The notes beneath the pieces were generated by a model. It saw nothing but the letters and a program-made list of their open reading frames with translations. It made no database searches and was not told the DNA's origin. This document shows positions 47,654 through 56,880 of a stretch of DNA of 64,000 nt, in pieces. Positions within the stretch are counted from its first letter, which is position 1; every line of letters starts with the position of its first letter. Origin of the DNA: a virus; IMG/VR virus record IMGVR_UViG_3300030108_004141, positions 15,764 to 79,763 of that record; one strand, written 5' to 3'. The position numbers were made by a program, and so were the translations under genes.

Positions 47654-48856
47654 ATGGATAATATCCGCATCGTTTCTAAATCAGACTGTCCATTTTGCAT
47701 AAGAGCAAAAGACTGGTTGGACCGTCGAGGATTCACATACACTGAGGATGTGATGGATGAAGAGGAAACACGTTTGTCATTTTATCAGCAACACAAAGTT
47801 CATTCGGTTCCACAAATTTTTATAAATGACAAACTGATTGGTGGATATACACAGCTGTTAGATCAGGGTGATTCATTAGTTCGTCGCATACGCGGTGGAC
47901 TTATGCAGTTTTCTAAAGTTTACAAACCGTTTCAATATCCTTGGGCAGTTGAGATAACTCAACGACATGAAAAGATACACTGGATTGAAGATGAACTTGA
48001 TTTGAGTGAAGATGTGATGGACTGGAAGTCTGGTAAGATGTCTGAAACTGATAAGTCATTCATCGTTCAGATTCTACGACTGTTCACTCAGTCCGATGTC
48101 GCAGTCGGAAAAAATTATTACGAACACTTCATACCTGCGTTCAAAAATAATGAGATCAGAAATATGCATGGCTCGTTCGCTGCGCGCGAGGGTGTTCATC
48201 AGCGTGCTTATGCGTTGCTCAACGATACACTTGGTTTGCCCGACGATGAGTATCTCGCATTTTTAGAGTACAAAGAAATGGCTGATAAAGTGGACTACAT
48301 GGCTGATGCTGATATTACGACTCGGCGTGGTCTAGGTCTAGCATTGGCGAAGTCTGTATTCAACGAGGGTGTTTTACTTTTTGCCTCCTTCGTAATGTTA
48401 CTAAACTTTCAGAGGTTTGGTAAGATGAAAGGTATGGGTAAGGTTGTTGAGTGGTCGATTCGCGACGAGTCGATTCACGTTGAAGGCAATGCAAGATTGT
48501 TCAGAACATATTGTGCTGAGCATCCTCGTATTGTTGACGATCAGTTCAAACAAGAAATCTACGATATCGCTCGCAACATTGTAAAGCTCGAAGATAAGTT
48601 TATCGAGCTGGCATATAAGATAGGCAATATCGAAGGCTTGACTGCAGATGAGGTCAAACAATATATCCGATATATCACCGACCGACGTTTACTACAGCTT
48701 GGTTTGAAAACGAACTTCAAAGTAAAAGACAATCCACTTGATTGGCTTGAGTGGGTTCTTAATGGTGCAGACCATACTAACTTTTTCGAAAATAGAGTAA
48801 CCGAATATGAGGTTGCTGGCTTAACAGGGAGTTGGGATGATGCTTGGAAAAACTAA
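47654..48856 (+). CDS. nrdB: Glutaredoxin-fused ribonucleotide reductase beta subunit
   Basis: N-terminal CPFC...VPQIFI glutaredoxin; YKPF.YPWA, EGVHQRAY, EWSIRDESIH, NFFE. Confidence 0.95.
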   Translation: MDNIRIVSKSDCPFCIRAKDWLDRRGFTYTEDVMDEEETRLSFYQQHKVHSVPQIFINDKLIGGYTQLLDQGDSLVRRIRGGLMQFSKVYKPFQYPWAVEITQRHEKIHWIEDELDLSEDVMDWKSGKMSETDKSFIVQILRLFTQSDVAVGKNYYEHFIPAFKNNEIRNMHGSFAAREGVHQRAYALLNDTLGLPDDEYLAFLEYKEMADKVDYMADADITTRRGLGLALAKSVFNEGVLLFASFVMLLNFQRFGKMKGMGKVVEWSIRDESIHVEGNARLFRTYCAEHPRIVDDQFKQEIYDIARNIVKLEDKFIELAYKIGNIEGLTADEVKQYIRYITDRRLLQLGLKTNFKVKDNPLDWLEWVLNGADHTNFFENRVTEYEVAGLTGSWDDAWKN

Positions 48857-49778
48857 ACTTAATGAGCAGGGGCTACAGGAAAAACTTGCGACAGGTTATC
48901 AGATAGAGGATCCAGATGAAATGTCTCCTCGCTATCGTGATGTGTTGGTCAACACTATTCACATCGCTGCAGATTTAGAGGTGGTGACATTACCAACATA
49001 TTCACCTGCTATCAAAACTTCACCAACACTCGAAGATAAAATAGCAGTCGCATCTGCATGTCAAGATGAGTTAGGTCATGCGCAAGTTATGTATAGATTA
49101 TTAGAAGACTTCGGTTATGATACGCATGAGTTTCTATTTGAGCGTGATCCGGAAGAGTGGCGAACATTTCAGATGTTAGAGTTTCCTCACGAAGATTATA
49201 TTGAAACAGTTGTAAGTATGTGTTACGGAGACAGAGCTGGATATATTACGACAGTTGATCTTGAGGAGAACTGCAGTTATGCACCACTCGCTCGCGGATT
49301 GCGAAAAGTAAACTTTGAAGAAACTTTCCACGTTGGTCATGGTGAAAAATGGACAAAGTTCTTTTGGAATAAGGATGAGGAAAGCAGAGCTAGAGTTCAG
49401 GAGTGTGTTGATTTCTATTTCCCTCTATGCGCTTCATGGTTCGGTTTACCCGATAATCTTAAAACTAGAACAGATCAGCAAAAATATAGAATCCGTGGTG
49501 GCACTAATGATGAGATGCGTCAAATATGGCTGAGCAGAGTTGTTCCCTATAGTGAAAGTGTCGGTATAAAGATTCCGGCACACTATGATACCGAACTTGG
49601 TAAGTTTGTTCTTGATTACGAGGCACCTATTCGATTGGATGAAGAAACAAGAACTTGGGATTATAATGATACCATGAGTTGGGAGGAGCAACTAAAAATA
49701 TGGAAGAAGGGCAGTAAGCACAAAGTTCCTAGCATTACTGACGTTCAAACTGAAACGTGGGGTTCGGAACTCTGGTAA
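48837..49778 (+). CDS. PaaA/PaaC-family di-iron (phenylacetyl-CoA epoxidase-like) subunit
   Basis: IE..D.M...YR..L, P.LE.K, QDELGH, CSYAPLAR, EETFH..HG, WFG match PaaA landmarks. Confidence 0.8.
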   Translation: MMLGKTKLNEQGLQEKLATGYQIEDPDEMSPRYRDVLVNTIHIAADLEVVTLPTYSPAIKTSPTLEDKIAVASACQDELGHAQVMYRLLEDFGYDTHEFLFERDPEEWRTFQMLEFPHEDYIETVVSMCYGDRAGYITTVDLEENCSYAPLARGLRKVNFEETFHVGHGEKWTKFFWNKDEESRARVQECVDFYFPLCASWFGLPDNLKTRTDQQKYRIRGGTNDEMRQIWLSRVVPYSESVGIKIPAHYDTELGKFVLDYEAPIRLDEETRTWDYNDTMSWEEQLKIWKKGSKHKVPSITDVQTETWGSELW

Positions 49779-49960
49779 TGACGATTCTCGACGAAATAGA
49801 GGAAGAGGTTAAATGCCCATCATGCGGTGCTGAGTTCGTCATAAAGTATGATACTCAATATGTGGAGGATTCTCCAGAGTGGTGCCCTTTTTGCGGTGCC
49901 GAAATAGAGGACGAAGAGGATGAATATATAGAAGAGGATGAAGATGACGAAGAGATGTGA
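49778..49960 (+). CDS. Small zinc-ribbon protein with acidic tail
   Basis: CPSC...CPFCG plus E/D-rich C-terminus. Confidence 0.7.
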   Translation: MTILDEIEEEVKCPSCGAEFVIKYDTQYVEDSPEWCPFCGAEIEDEEDEYIEEDEDDEEM

Positions 49961-50394
49961 TGTACGACAATCCTTGGACATTCGAGGGAAAGGTTTTCGA
50001 AACTGAAGATATAAATGGTTTCTTTGGTTTCGTTTATGTTATCACAAGTCTTATAGATGATAAAAAATATATCGGGAGAAAATATTTTTATTCCTTTCGT
50101 AAAAAGAAAGGATCCAAACGTCGTCAAAAAAGTGAGTCCGACTGGAAAGAATACTATGGATCAAGCGATGAACTCAAAGAAGAAATTGAAAACCACGGCA
50201 AAGAAAACTTCCGAAGAGAAATCATTTCGCTCCACTCTACCAAGGGACGTGTGAATTATGAAGAGGTTCGCGAGCAGTTTTTACACGGTGTGCTTGAGGA
50301 TGAAACATATATCAATGGAAATATCAATGGTAAATGGCACCGTGCTCCGGAACACATAAGAGAAAAATCAAAGTATAGGAAAAGCGATGTATGA
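49957..50394 (+). CDS. GIY-YIG family nuclease
   Basis: GFVY.I....KKYIGRK, ESDWKEYYGSS, F.REI. Confidence 0.8.
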   Translation: MMYDNPWTFEGKVFETEDINGFFGFVYVITSLIDDKKYIGRKYFYSFRKKKGSKRRQKSESDWKEYYGSSDELKEEIENHGKENFRREIISLHSTKGRVNYEEVREQFLHGVLEDETYINGNINGKWHRAPEHIREKSKYRKSDV

Positions 50395-50800
50395 ATATAG
50401 GTGCGAGGTTGTAAAGATAATTGACGGTGATACCATTCGTGTCGATGTTGATTTGGGCTTTGGTATTTGGAGTCGTAATGAAACTGTGCGCCTGTATGGT
50501 ATTGACACACCCGAATCACGCACGAGAGATCTAGAGGAAAAGAAGTATGGTCTCGCCGCTAAACAGTTTCTAACAAATATGCTAGACGATTCAGGTGGTA
50601 TTAAATTGAAGAGCCACGGGAAGGGCAAGTTCGGCAGAATCTTAGGTGAGCTATGGCGAACTACAAATTACGCTGATAAATCTATAAACGAATACATGGT
50701 CGAAAAGCATCATGCTGCTCCCTATCATGGGCAGTCGAAACAAGATATTGCTGAACAACATTTAGAAAATAGAAAACATGTGGATTTGGCTTCTCTCTAA
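50387..50800 (+). CDS. Thermonuclease (SNase-like)
   Basis: IIDGDTI.VDVDLGF, VRLYGIDTPESRT, GKFGRILG. Confidence 0.9.
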   Translation: MYEYRCEVVKIIDGDTIRVDVDLGFGIWSRNETVRLYGIDTPESRTRDLEEKKYGLAAKQFLTNMLDDSGGIKLKSHGKGKFGRILGELWRTTNYADKSINEYMVEKHHAAPYHGQSKQDIAEQHLENRKHVDLASL

Positions 50801-51026
50801 TATTGCTGGGAGTCTGCTCGGCACTGCAACCACCGAATGGTTCAAGGACACTAAACTCGGAAAATGGTGTTACGCACGTTTCGTTTCCATTGCGGATTGG
50901 GCTGCGAAGAGGTATAATATAGATATCCTTGATAGAGAACAGATTGCTTGGCGTAGGAAATATCCAAACGTAGCAAAAAAGATTGATGATCTTGAGGAGA
51001 GGTTGAAGAAACTGGAGGAAAAATGA
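50778..51026 (+). CDS. Hypothetical protein
   Basis: Overlapping ORF chain; N-terminal hydrophobic stretch, C-terminal coiled coil. Confidence 0.55.
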   Translation: MWIWLLSNIAGSLLGTATTEWFKDTKLGKWCYARFVSIADWAAKRYNIDILDREQIAWRRKYPNVAKKIDDLEERLKKLEEK

Positions 51027-51823
51027 AGTATGTATTGGTGACAGGCGGTTTCGATCCTATCCATTCTGGACACATCTCTTATTTCAAACACGCATCTAAA
51101 CTTGGTGATAAACTAATCGTTGGTTTGAACTCCGACGATTGGCTCGAGCGCAAGAAAGGCAGACCGTTTATGCCCTTCGATGAGCGTGCTGAAATCATAG
51201 AAAATTTGAAGATGGTGGATCAGGTCATCGGTTTCGATGATAGTGTTGATCATAACGGTGCCTCATCTGCTATATTTAAACTTCGTGCAACTGTTTTGGG
51301 TAATCAAGATGAGCTAATCGTAGCGAATGGCGGCGATCGTATCGAAGGAAAGGTTCCAGAGCAGGTGACTTGGGGTGAAACACATGGTGTCAGTTTTGTT
51401 TTTGGGATTGGGGGAAGTGAAAAACAAAACAGCTCACGTTGGATTCTCGATGAGTGGCAGCGACCGAAGGTCGAACGACCATGGGGTTACTATCGTGTTC
51501 TTCGTTCCGACTCACCTAACGTAAAGCTCAAAGAACTGGTTGTAGATCCTGGTAAAACATTGAGCATGCAACGTCATGAAAAACGTAGTGAAGAATGGTT
51601 CGTTGCAGATGGGGCAGCGAGTGTATATACGATAAGCCCTTCGAGTTCCGATGTTGAGCTTTGGCGAACCTTATACCAGTTCGATAGATTATCTATAATG
51701 CCAAACGAATGGCATATGTTGTCAAACGAAACAGATAAACCACTCAAGATCACAGAGATACAGTGGGGTCAAGAGTGTGTTGAAACAGATATTGAAAGGT
51801 ACGATCATTATGAGTACGAGTGA
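51023..51823 (+). CDS. Cytidylyl/adenylyltransferase fused to a mannose-6-phosphate-isomerase-type cupin
   Basis: TGGFDPIHSGH, GLNSD, ANGGDR; then ERPWGYY, LSMQRH.KRSEEW. Confidence 0.85.
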   Translation: MKYVLVTGGFDPIHSGHISYFKHASKLGDKLIVGLNSDDWLERKKGRPFMPFDERAEIIENLKMVDQVIGFDDSVDHNGASSAIFKLRATVLGNQDELIVANGGDRIEGKVPEQVTWGETHGVSFVFGIGGSEKQNSSRWILDEWQRPKVERPWGYYRVLRSDSPNVKLKELVVDPGKTLSMQRHEKRSEEWFVADGAASVYTISPSSSDVELWRTLYQFDRLSIMPNEWHMLSNETDKPLKITEIQWGQECVETDIERYDHYEYE

Positions 51824-52556
51824 CCCTATCCGTTTGTTTATTGGATCCTCAAGTAATGGAGAGGATGTTCCTATTGAAGCGATCTATGAACATACTCTAA
51901 GAAAAAATACTGAACGCGAACTCGAAATAGTTTGGATGCGTCAGACTCGCGATATGGAAAATTTTTGGGGAATCGAAAAAGATGCGACGCAGCGTTGGCC
52001 AACTCCATTTTCTGGATATCGTTGGATGATTCCTGAATATTGTGAGTTCAAAGGTCGAGCAATATACACCGACTGCGATATGATAAACTTCCGCGACATT
52101 GGCGATCTATGGGATACAGATCTCAAAGGTAAACCAGTGGCTGCGCGTAAAGGTTACAGGTTCGGCGGTCATGAGTTTTGTGTTATGGTAATCGACTGCG
52201 AAAAGATGGGTGATCTAGTTTCTGTCCCAGCTCGTAGGCAAAAAAGTAATCCTGAGTTTCACGTTCGTATGATTGGAAAGTTTAGCGGAAACGATAACTT
52301 TGTTGAAGAATTAGATCCTCGTTGGAACTGTCTCGACGGTGAGGATCGTGAGGTTGATGATATGTATCAGCTGCATTGGACAAATATGGCGACTCAACCA
52401 TGGGAGCCTTGGTGGTTCACAGGAACAGCCGAAGAGCATCCTAGAAAAGATTTGGTAGAGTTGTTTGAGCAAAAACTTATAGAGGCAAACGACGCTGGCT
52501 TTTATGGTCAGGCTGGCGCATATCCACCACTAGAATATAACATAATAGGAAAATAG
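51810..52556 (+). CDS. Glycosyltransferase (GT-A, GT8-like)
   Basis: RLFIG, TPFS.YRW.IP, AIYTDCDM (DxD), WN.LDG, LHWT.M.TQPW. Confidence 0.75.
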   Translation: MSTSDPIRLFIGSSSNGEDVPIEAIYEHTLRKNTERELEIVWMRQTRDMENFWGIEKDATQRWPTPFSGYRWMIPEYCEFKGRAIYTDCDMINFRDIGDLWDTDLKGKPVAARKGYRFGGHEFCVMVIDCEKMGDLVSVPARRQKSNPEFHVRMIGKFSGNDNFVEELDPRWNCLDGEDREVDDMYQLHWTNMATQPWEPWWFTGTAEEHPRKDLVELFEQKLIEANDAGFYGQAGAYPPLEYNIIGK

Positions 52557-52560
52557 GAAA

Positions 52561-53334
52561 ATGATAAATGGCACCACACCCAATCATTATTGCGCTTTTG
52601 CTTCTTGCGACCCTATCTATCTGCGTGACCATGCGGCTGCTCTCACTGCCTCTTGTGCCGTAAATGATCAGCCACTGCATCTTCACGTTGTAAATCCGTT
52701 CAAGAAAGATCTCGCGCTGTTAGAAAATTTAAGGTTGGCATCTCTCAAGATAGCTGGAAAGGCTGCACCTCTGACATACACTTGGGAGGAGGTCGACTTG
52801 AGCAATCTCAATAAAGAGCAGAAGCGTGTGTACTACTCACTAAACAGGTTTCTCGCCTGGAATAAAATTATGGATATGGAGCCAACCGAAAGGCTCGGCG
52901 AAAGTAAAGTTCGGGCTGCTCTCATAATCGATATTGATTGCCTGGTCATGCAAAAGTTACCAGGATTTTCTGAGGATATCGGTTTATTTATTAGAGAGCC
53001 ATTCAACAACGGTAATCCTTGGGAAACTCTAGGATCAAATGTTGCAGCTGGCGTTGTCTACATAAACACTAGCGAGCGTTCTAAAAACTACATAAGGGAA
53101 GTCGCTGAAGATTTAGAAACTAGAGACTTGCGCTGGTTCACTGATCAGGTAGTTTTGTGGGAAAGATATAATAGGGCTATGCATAATACAAGCTGTCGTA
53201 TTTTTGGACCAGAGTTTATGGACTGGGAGTTCATAGAAAATACTACTATCTGGACTGGCAAAGGTCCACGTAAATATGATAATCCTGTTTATGTCGGAAA
53301 GAAGGAAGAGTTCGCTGAATTATTGGAGATGTGA
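52561..53334 (+). CDS. Putative glycosyltransferase
   Basis: LHLHVVN, YY...RF, IIDID, VAAG, WF.DQ, IWTGKG.RK. Confidence 0.6.
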   Translation: MINGTTPNHYCAFASCDPIYLRDHAAALTASCAVNDQPLHLHVVNPFKKDLALLENLRLASLKIAGKAAPLTYTWEEVDLSNLNKEQKRVYYSLNRFLAWNKIMDMEPTERLGESKVRAALIIDIDCLVMQKLPGFSEDIGLFIREPFNNGNPWETLGSNVAAGVVYINTSERSKNYIREVAEDLETRDLRWFTDQVVLWERYNRAMHNTSCRIFGPEFMDWEFIENTTIWTGKGPRKYDNPVYVGKKEEFAELLEM

Positions 53335-54288
53335 ATGAGAGTTTTGATATTGGCTCCGCGACTGGATTGTATGTTTAAAGAAGGTCCGGTTCCAGAGGTT
53401 GAGGGTCCACCGAACGATCCTATCCGAGTTCACTGGGCAAACCTAGTCACGCGTCTTACTGAGGATCATGAAGAAAAAGGTGACACGGTTGAAATACTGA
53501 AGAAGCCTCTCTGGCAGTTCACTCCTGAGGAAGTTTGTGCACTCAAGCCAGATCTCGCATACATACCTCACAAGGAAGCGCATAGTTTTCCGATCCCCGA
53601 TATAGAAAATATCGATGTCAGGTATTATCATCAAACAGTATTCCCGTGGCGTTTTTATATCGATAAGGAAGGTTGGGCAGGTGGTGCTTCGGTGACAGGC
53701 GAAGATATCATGAATATGGGCACGAGTAGCAGTTACAACTACGATCAACTGCGAAAATACACCCTGTCTGGCGGCACGAAGTTTGCTCAGCCAACAAAGA
53801 GAAAGGAACTACCGAACTATGTTCCTGAAAGTTATGTGCTGTTCCCATGTCAGATACCACACGACGAAACTATAAAATACCATTCCAAAGTATCTGTAGA
53901 GCAAGCATTGGGACATACAATAAATCAATGCCGACAAGAAAAGAAATTTCTAATAGTGAAGGGGCATCCTGTAAATCCAGGCAGTATGGAGCCTTTGCGA
54001 AAGATATGCAGTCAGCAGGGTATATTATATGTTGATGATATGTCGATTCACCAATTACTTGAGCGAGCTGAAACTGTAGTATGCGTCAACTCTGGAACTG
54101 GTATGGAATCACTTCTACAACGCAAAAATGTCATAACATTCGGCGATTGCGAGTACAATGTAGTCACTCGACGTATAGAAGATGGTCTTACAGCTGGTCC
54201 ACCGAATCAGGGTTTGGTCGCTAAATTTTTCGATGGCTGGTGTAAGTGGACATACAATGCTAGATTGAAGATTTCATACACCAAATAA
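53335..54288 (+). CDS. Capsule-polysaccharide-biosynthesis-like (KpsC/KpsS-type) GT-B protein
   Basis: LFPCQ.PHDE, IVKGHP, V..VNSGTG.E.LL....V..FG..EY. Confidence 0.7.
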   Translation: MRVLILAPRLDCMFKEGPVPEVEGPPNDPIRVHWANLVTRLTEDHEEKGDTVEILKKPLWQFTPEEVCALKPDLAYIPHKEAHSFPIPDIENIDVRYYHQTVFPWRFYIDKEGWAGGASVTGEDIMNMGTSSSYNYDQLRKYTLSGGTKFAQPTKRKELPNYVPESYVLFPCQIPHDETIKYHSKVSVEQALGHTINQCRQEKKFLIVKGHPVNPGSMEPLRKICSQQGILYVDDMSIHQLLERAETVVCVNSGTGMESLLQRKNVITFGDCEYNVVTRRIEDGLTAGPPNQGLVAKFFDGWCKWTYNARLKISYTK

Positions 54289-54289
54289 T

Positions 54290-54322
54290 TCCCTTTACAA
54301 TTCTCTCGAAATATGACATAAT
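54290..54322 (+). promoter_or_regulatory. Sigma70-like promoter, TCC(C/A) family
   Basis: TCCC-TTTACA-N17-CATAAT with extended TG. Confidence 0.7.
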
Positions 54323-54353
54323 GAGTCATAATCAAATGAGAGGAAAATATATT

Positions 54354-54512
54354 ATGTACGATTATACTGATCACCGTGAAATACCTGGACCGATCCGGTC
54401 ATACATTATGACGGTCGCTGATGCCGATAATATCGGTGAGGTTCCGTTACAGGAAATCAATGATTTCCTAAATGGCTTAGATGAGTATGAAAAAGGCGAG
54501 GCTGAGCGATGA
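54354..54512 (+). CDS. Small early hypothetical protein
   Basis: GAGAGGAAAATATATT-ATG leader shared with other early genes. Confidence 0.6.
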   Translation: MYDYTDHREIPGPIRSYIMTVADADNIGEVPLQEINDFLNGLDEYEKGEAER

Positions 54513-55009
54513 CAGTATACTTGGACATGGACGGTGTCTTGGCTGACTTCTTCGGTAAAGTTGAAGAGGTCTACCATGTAGATCACTGGAAAGAACTCAA
54601 CATGGATGTTGTCATAGCCAAGATTCAAAATACCAACTTCTTTTTGAAACTTGATGCGTTTCCGACTGCCAGTAAATTGGTCAGAGAAGTTGAAAATATG
54701 ACTGCAGGTGATTGGGGTATATGTTCTAGTCCACTTCGTGGCGACCACTTCAACTCAGCATATTGGAAACGTCGTTGGCTCGAGGAGCGTGACTTCATAC
54801 CTCGTGATTGGAAGAAGCTCGTTTTTGCACCTAACAAAGAAAAGTATGCGCGAGCACCTTTCACTGGCAAACCGAATATTCTTGTTGATGATAAATATTC
54901 AAACGTCGATAAGTTCACTGATGCTGGTGGTATCGCTATCAGATATCAGGCGAATGAGGACAGTTTGGAGTATGTTCTTGAGAGGATAGAAACATCATTA
55001 CATTCCTAA
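54509..55009 (+). CDS. HAD-family 5'(3')-deoxyribonucleotidase-like protein
   Basis: YLDMDGVLADF, SSP, K..W, ILVDD...N. Confidence 0.85.
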   Translation: MTVYLDMDGVLADFFGKVEEVYHVDHWKELNMDVVIAKIQNTNFFLKLDAFPTASKLVREVENMTAGDWGICSSPLRGDHFNSAYWKRRWLEERDFIPRDWKKLVFAPNKEKYARAPFTGKPNILVDDKYSNVDKFTDAGGIAIRYQANEDSLEYVLERIETSLHS

Positions 55010-55134
55010 TAATATGCTTCTTGGTAGGTTTGATGGTGCTTCATCCTCTCAAGACACTTAAATTTATTGGTGTCTTGGCTCTTGGTATGTTTATCACTGT
55101 TTCAACAATCATGATAATTTTCGCACTGTTCTAA
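54994..55134 (+). CDS. Possible small two-TM membrane protein (non-canonical start)
   Basis: 46-codon hydrophobic frame ending in a TAATG overlap with the next gene; GAGGA precedes ATC. Confidence 0.4.
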   Translation: MITFLIICFLVGLMVLHPLKTLKFIGVLALGMFITVSTIMIIFALF

Positions 55135-55790
55135 TGAGAGATTTGCTTTTTGGGATGCCCATCTGGCAAGAAAATATAAATCCCAGATCATATAACAAAC
55201 AAGAAATAATCGATACGATCACGAGAAACTATCAGAAGGATCGTAGTCGTAATGAGTGGTGGGAAGCTACCAGTGATGTTCATCACATGTACGATGATGT
55301 TGACAATCCAAATTTTGAAACGCCTGATTGGGATCACTCTCTCAAAAATTTATATATGGGTGTTCTTCAAAGGTTTTTTAACACGATCGCTGCTAAACCA
55401 TTTGAGTTTAGTTTTGACATAGCTAATTACACATGCTATGGGAAGTCACAATATATCCAAGAACATATTCACCCTAACTGTGATTTTGTAGCAATACACT
55501 ATGTTCGGTTTGACCCTATGGCTCATAGTTCAACGAGGTTTACCAACCCAGCTGCGTTCGCAGCCTATCTTGAAGAGATAAGATCTAAGACTCGTATAAA
55601 ATATGCAGAAGATGAAACCTTCAACTCTTGGATGTTTCATAGATATGAGCCAGAAGTTGTTGAGGATGATATTCTTATCCATCCTGCTTTATTAGAACAT
55701 GATGTTCGTCCACAAAAATGTGAAGATGACAACCTCAGGATAGCAGTCGTTCTTAATATATATGCCGGAGATGCATCTACTTCCTTATAA
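55134..55790 (+). CDS. Putative 2OG-Fe(II) oxygenase
   Basis: NY..Y...Q....HIH, IHY..FD..H..T.F.NP, P..L.H.V, RIAVVLN. Confidence 0.7.
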   Translation: MRDLLFGMPIWQENINPRSYNKQEIIDTITRNYQKDRSRNEWWEATSDVHHMYDDVDNPNFETPDWDHSLKNLYMGVLQRFFNTIAAKPFEFSFDIANYTCYGKSQYIQEHIHPNCDFVAIHYVRFDPMAHSSTRFTNPAAFAAYLEEIRSKTRIKYAEDETFNSWMFHRYEPEVVEDDILIHPALLEHDVRPQKCEDDNLRIAVVLNIYAGDASTSL

Positions 55791-55793
55791 ATA
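55786..55793 (+). promoter_or_regulatory. T4-type late promoter heading the curli/cyclase operon
   Basis: TATAAATA followed by AGGAGG and ATG 55810. Confidence 0.8.
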
Positions 55794-55809
55794 GCAAGGA
55801 GGGAGAGAT

Positions 55810-56091
55810 ATGGAAGAAGCGTTCAAACTCATAGCTGAGGTTGGCTTTCCGATAGCAGCAGCATTGGCTGGTGGTTATTTTATTTTTCTGACAATGCGCT
55901 TCATTTTGGAAGGTGTGCTTGATGATATCAATAGAATGAAAGGTATCATCACTGCGCTTGATAATCGTGTGCAAACTATGAATCACGATATCATTCGCAT
56001 TGATACATTAATGAGCAACGCATTCGATGTTGAGCCAGATGTTTCTAGATTGGCTAGAGCTGATGGCAAAAATGACGCGAGAAAGGACTGA
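55810..56091 (+). CDS. Small single-TM protein (paralog A)
   Basis: I.EVGFPIAAA..GYFI TM plus LDNRV..MNHD.IRID. Confidence 0.7.
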   Translation: MEEAFKLIAEVGFPIAAALAGGYFIFLTMRFILEGVLDDINRMKGIITALDNRVQTMNHDIIRIDTLMSNAFDVEPDVSRLARADGKNDARKD

Positions 56092-56363
56092 TGGAGGATT
56101 TAGTAAAAGCGATAAAGGATTTCGGTTTTCCTATTGTCGCAGCTGTAGGTTTGGGATATTTTGTGTACTATGTATGGACATGGGCTACTCATAAAGTTGA
56201 TCCTGTCATAGAAAATGCAAATAGAACACTGATTGCCTTGATTGATCGTATTAGAATGTTGGATAATGACTTGATTCGTCTCAATACCAAACTGAATATG
56301 ATTCTTGAGTACGAGAGGAAACAAGGTAATGAAAAGTCGAAAAAAGATAAGAGAGGGGATTGA
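56091..56363 (+). CDS. Small single-TM protein (paralog B)
   Basis: I.DFGFPIVAA.GLGYFV TM plus LIDRIRMLDNDLIRL. Confidence 0.7.
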   Translation: MEDLVKAIKDFGFPIVAAVGLGYFVYYVWTWATHKVDPVIENANRTLIALIDRIRMLDNDLIRLNTKLNMILEYERKQGNEKSKKDKRGD

Positions 56364-56880
56364 CACCCTAGAGGTGCTAAAAAAGCACTTTCCATATATC
56401 TACACGAAAGCTGATCTTACAAGAGTTTTCGTTTCCGGTATCGGCACAGGTATAGTTGTCGGAATAATTTTTTGGGCAACATTCGCCACAGCATCAGAAC
56501 TCAGACATAGTTTTAGATCACCAGCATTTAATGGTCAAGGATTCAGCTCGCATGTTTTAACGATAGAAAACCTAACACATGAACGCAAACAAGCTATAAA
56601 GGCAAAAAAAGAATCAGAAGCAAGAGAGGCAGAACGAGAAGCAAACAATACAAACATCAACAAATTTATGAGAAATTTCGAAAGCCGAGTTTATGCAGAG
56701 TTGAGTAAACAATTATCAGAAAAACTATTTGGAGAAAATGCAGCAGAAAGTGGAACCATCTCGATACTTGGCAACACTGTAACTTATGAAACGGTGGGTC
56801 AAGAAATACAAATGACCATCACTCAGGCTGATGGAACAACGACGACACTAATCGTTCCGACAGGAGATTTTGGATTTTGA
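56329..56880 (+). CDS. csgF: Curli assembly protein CsgF-like
   Basis: After the hydrophobic segment, A-SEL.H.F.SPAF.G resembles CsgF (F.F.NP.FGG); F..N.ESR..A.LS; I.I...DG.TT...VP. Confidence 0.8.
   Translation: MKSRKKIREGIDTLEVLKKHFPYIYTKADLTRVFVSGIGTGIVVGIIFWATFATASELRHSFRSPAFNGQGFSSHVLTIENLTHERKQAIKAKKESEAREAEREANNTNINKFMRNFESRVYAELSKQLSEKLFGENAAESGTISILGNTVTYETVGQEIQMTITQADGTTTTLIVPTGDFGF

Noticed and set aside
23668-48856. Introns or inteins in gp43, gp41, gp61, nrdA, nrdB
   Set aside because: All are continuous and of normal length, with no intein or intron signatures seen.
49778-49960. LysW-type amino-group carrier working with the ATP-grasp protein
   Set aside because: It has a zinc ribbon and acidic tail but lacks the C-terminal EDWGE motif, and no pathway genes are adjacent.
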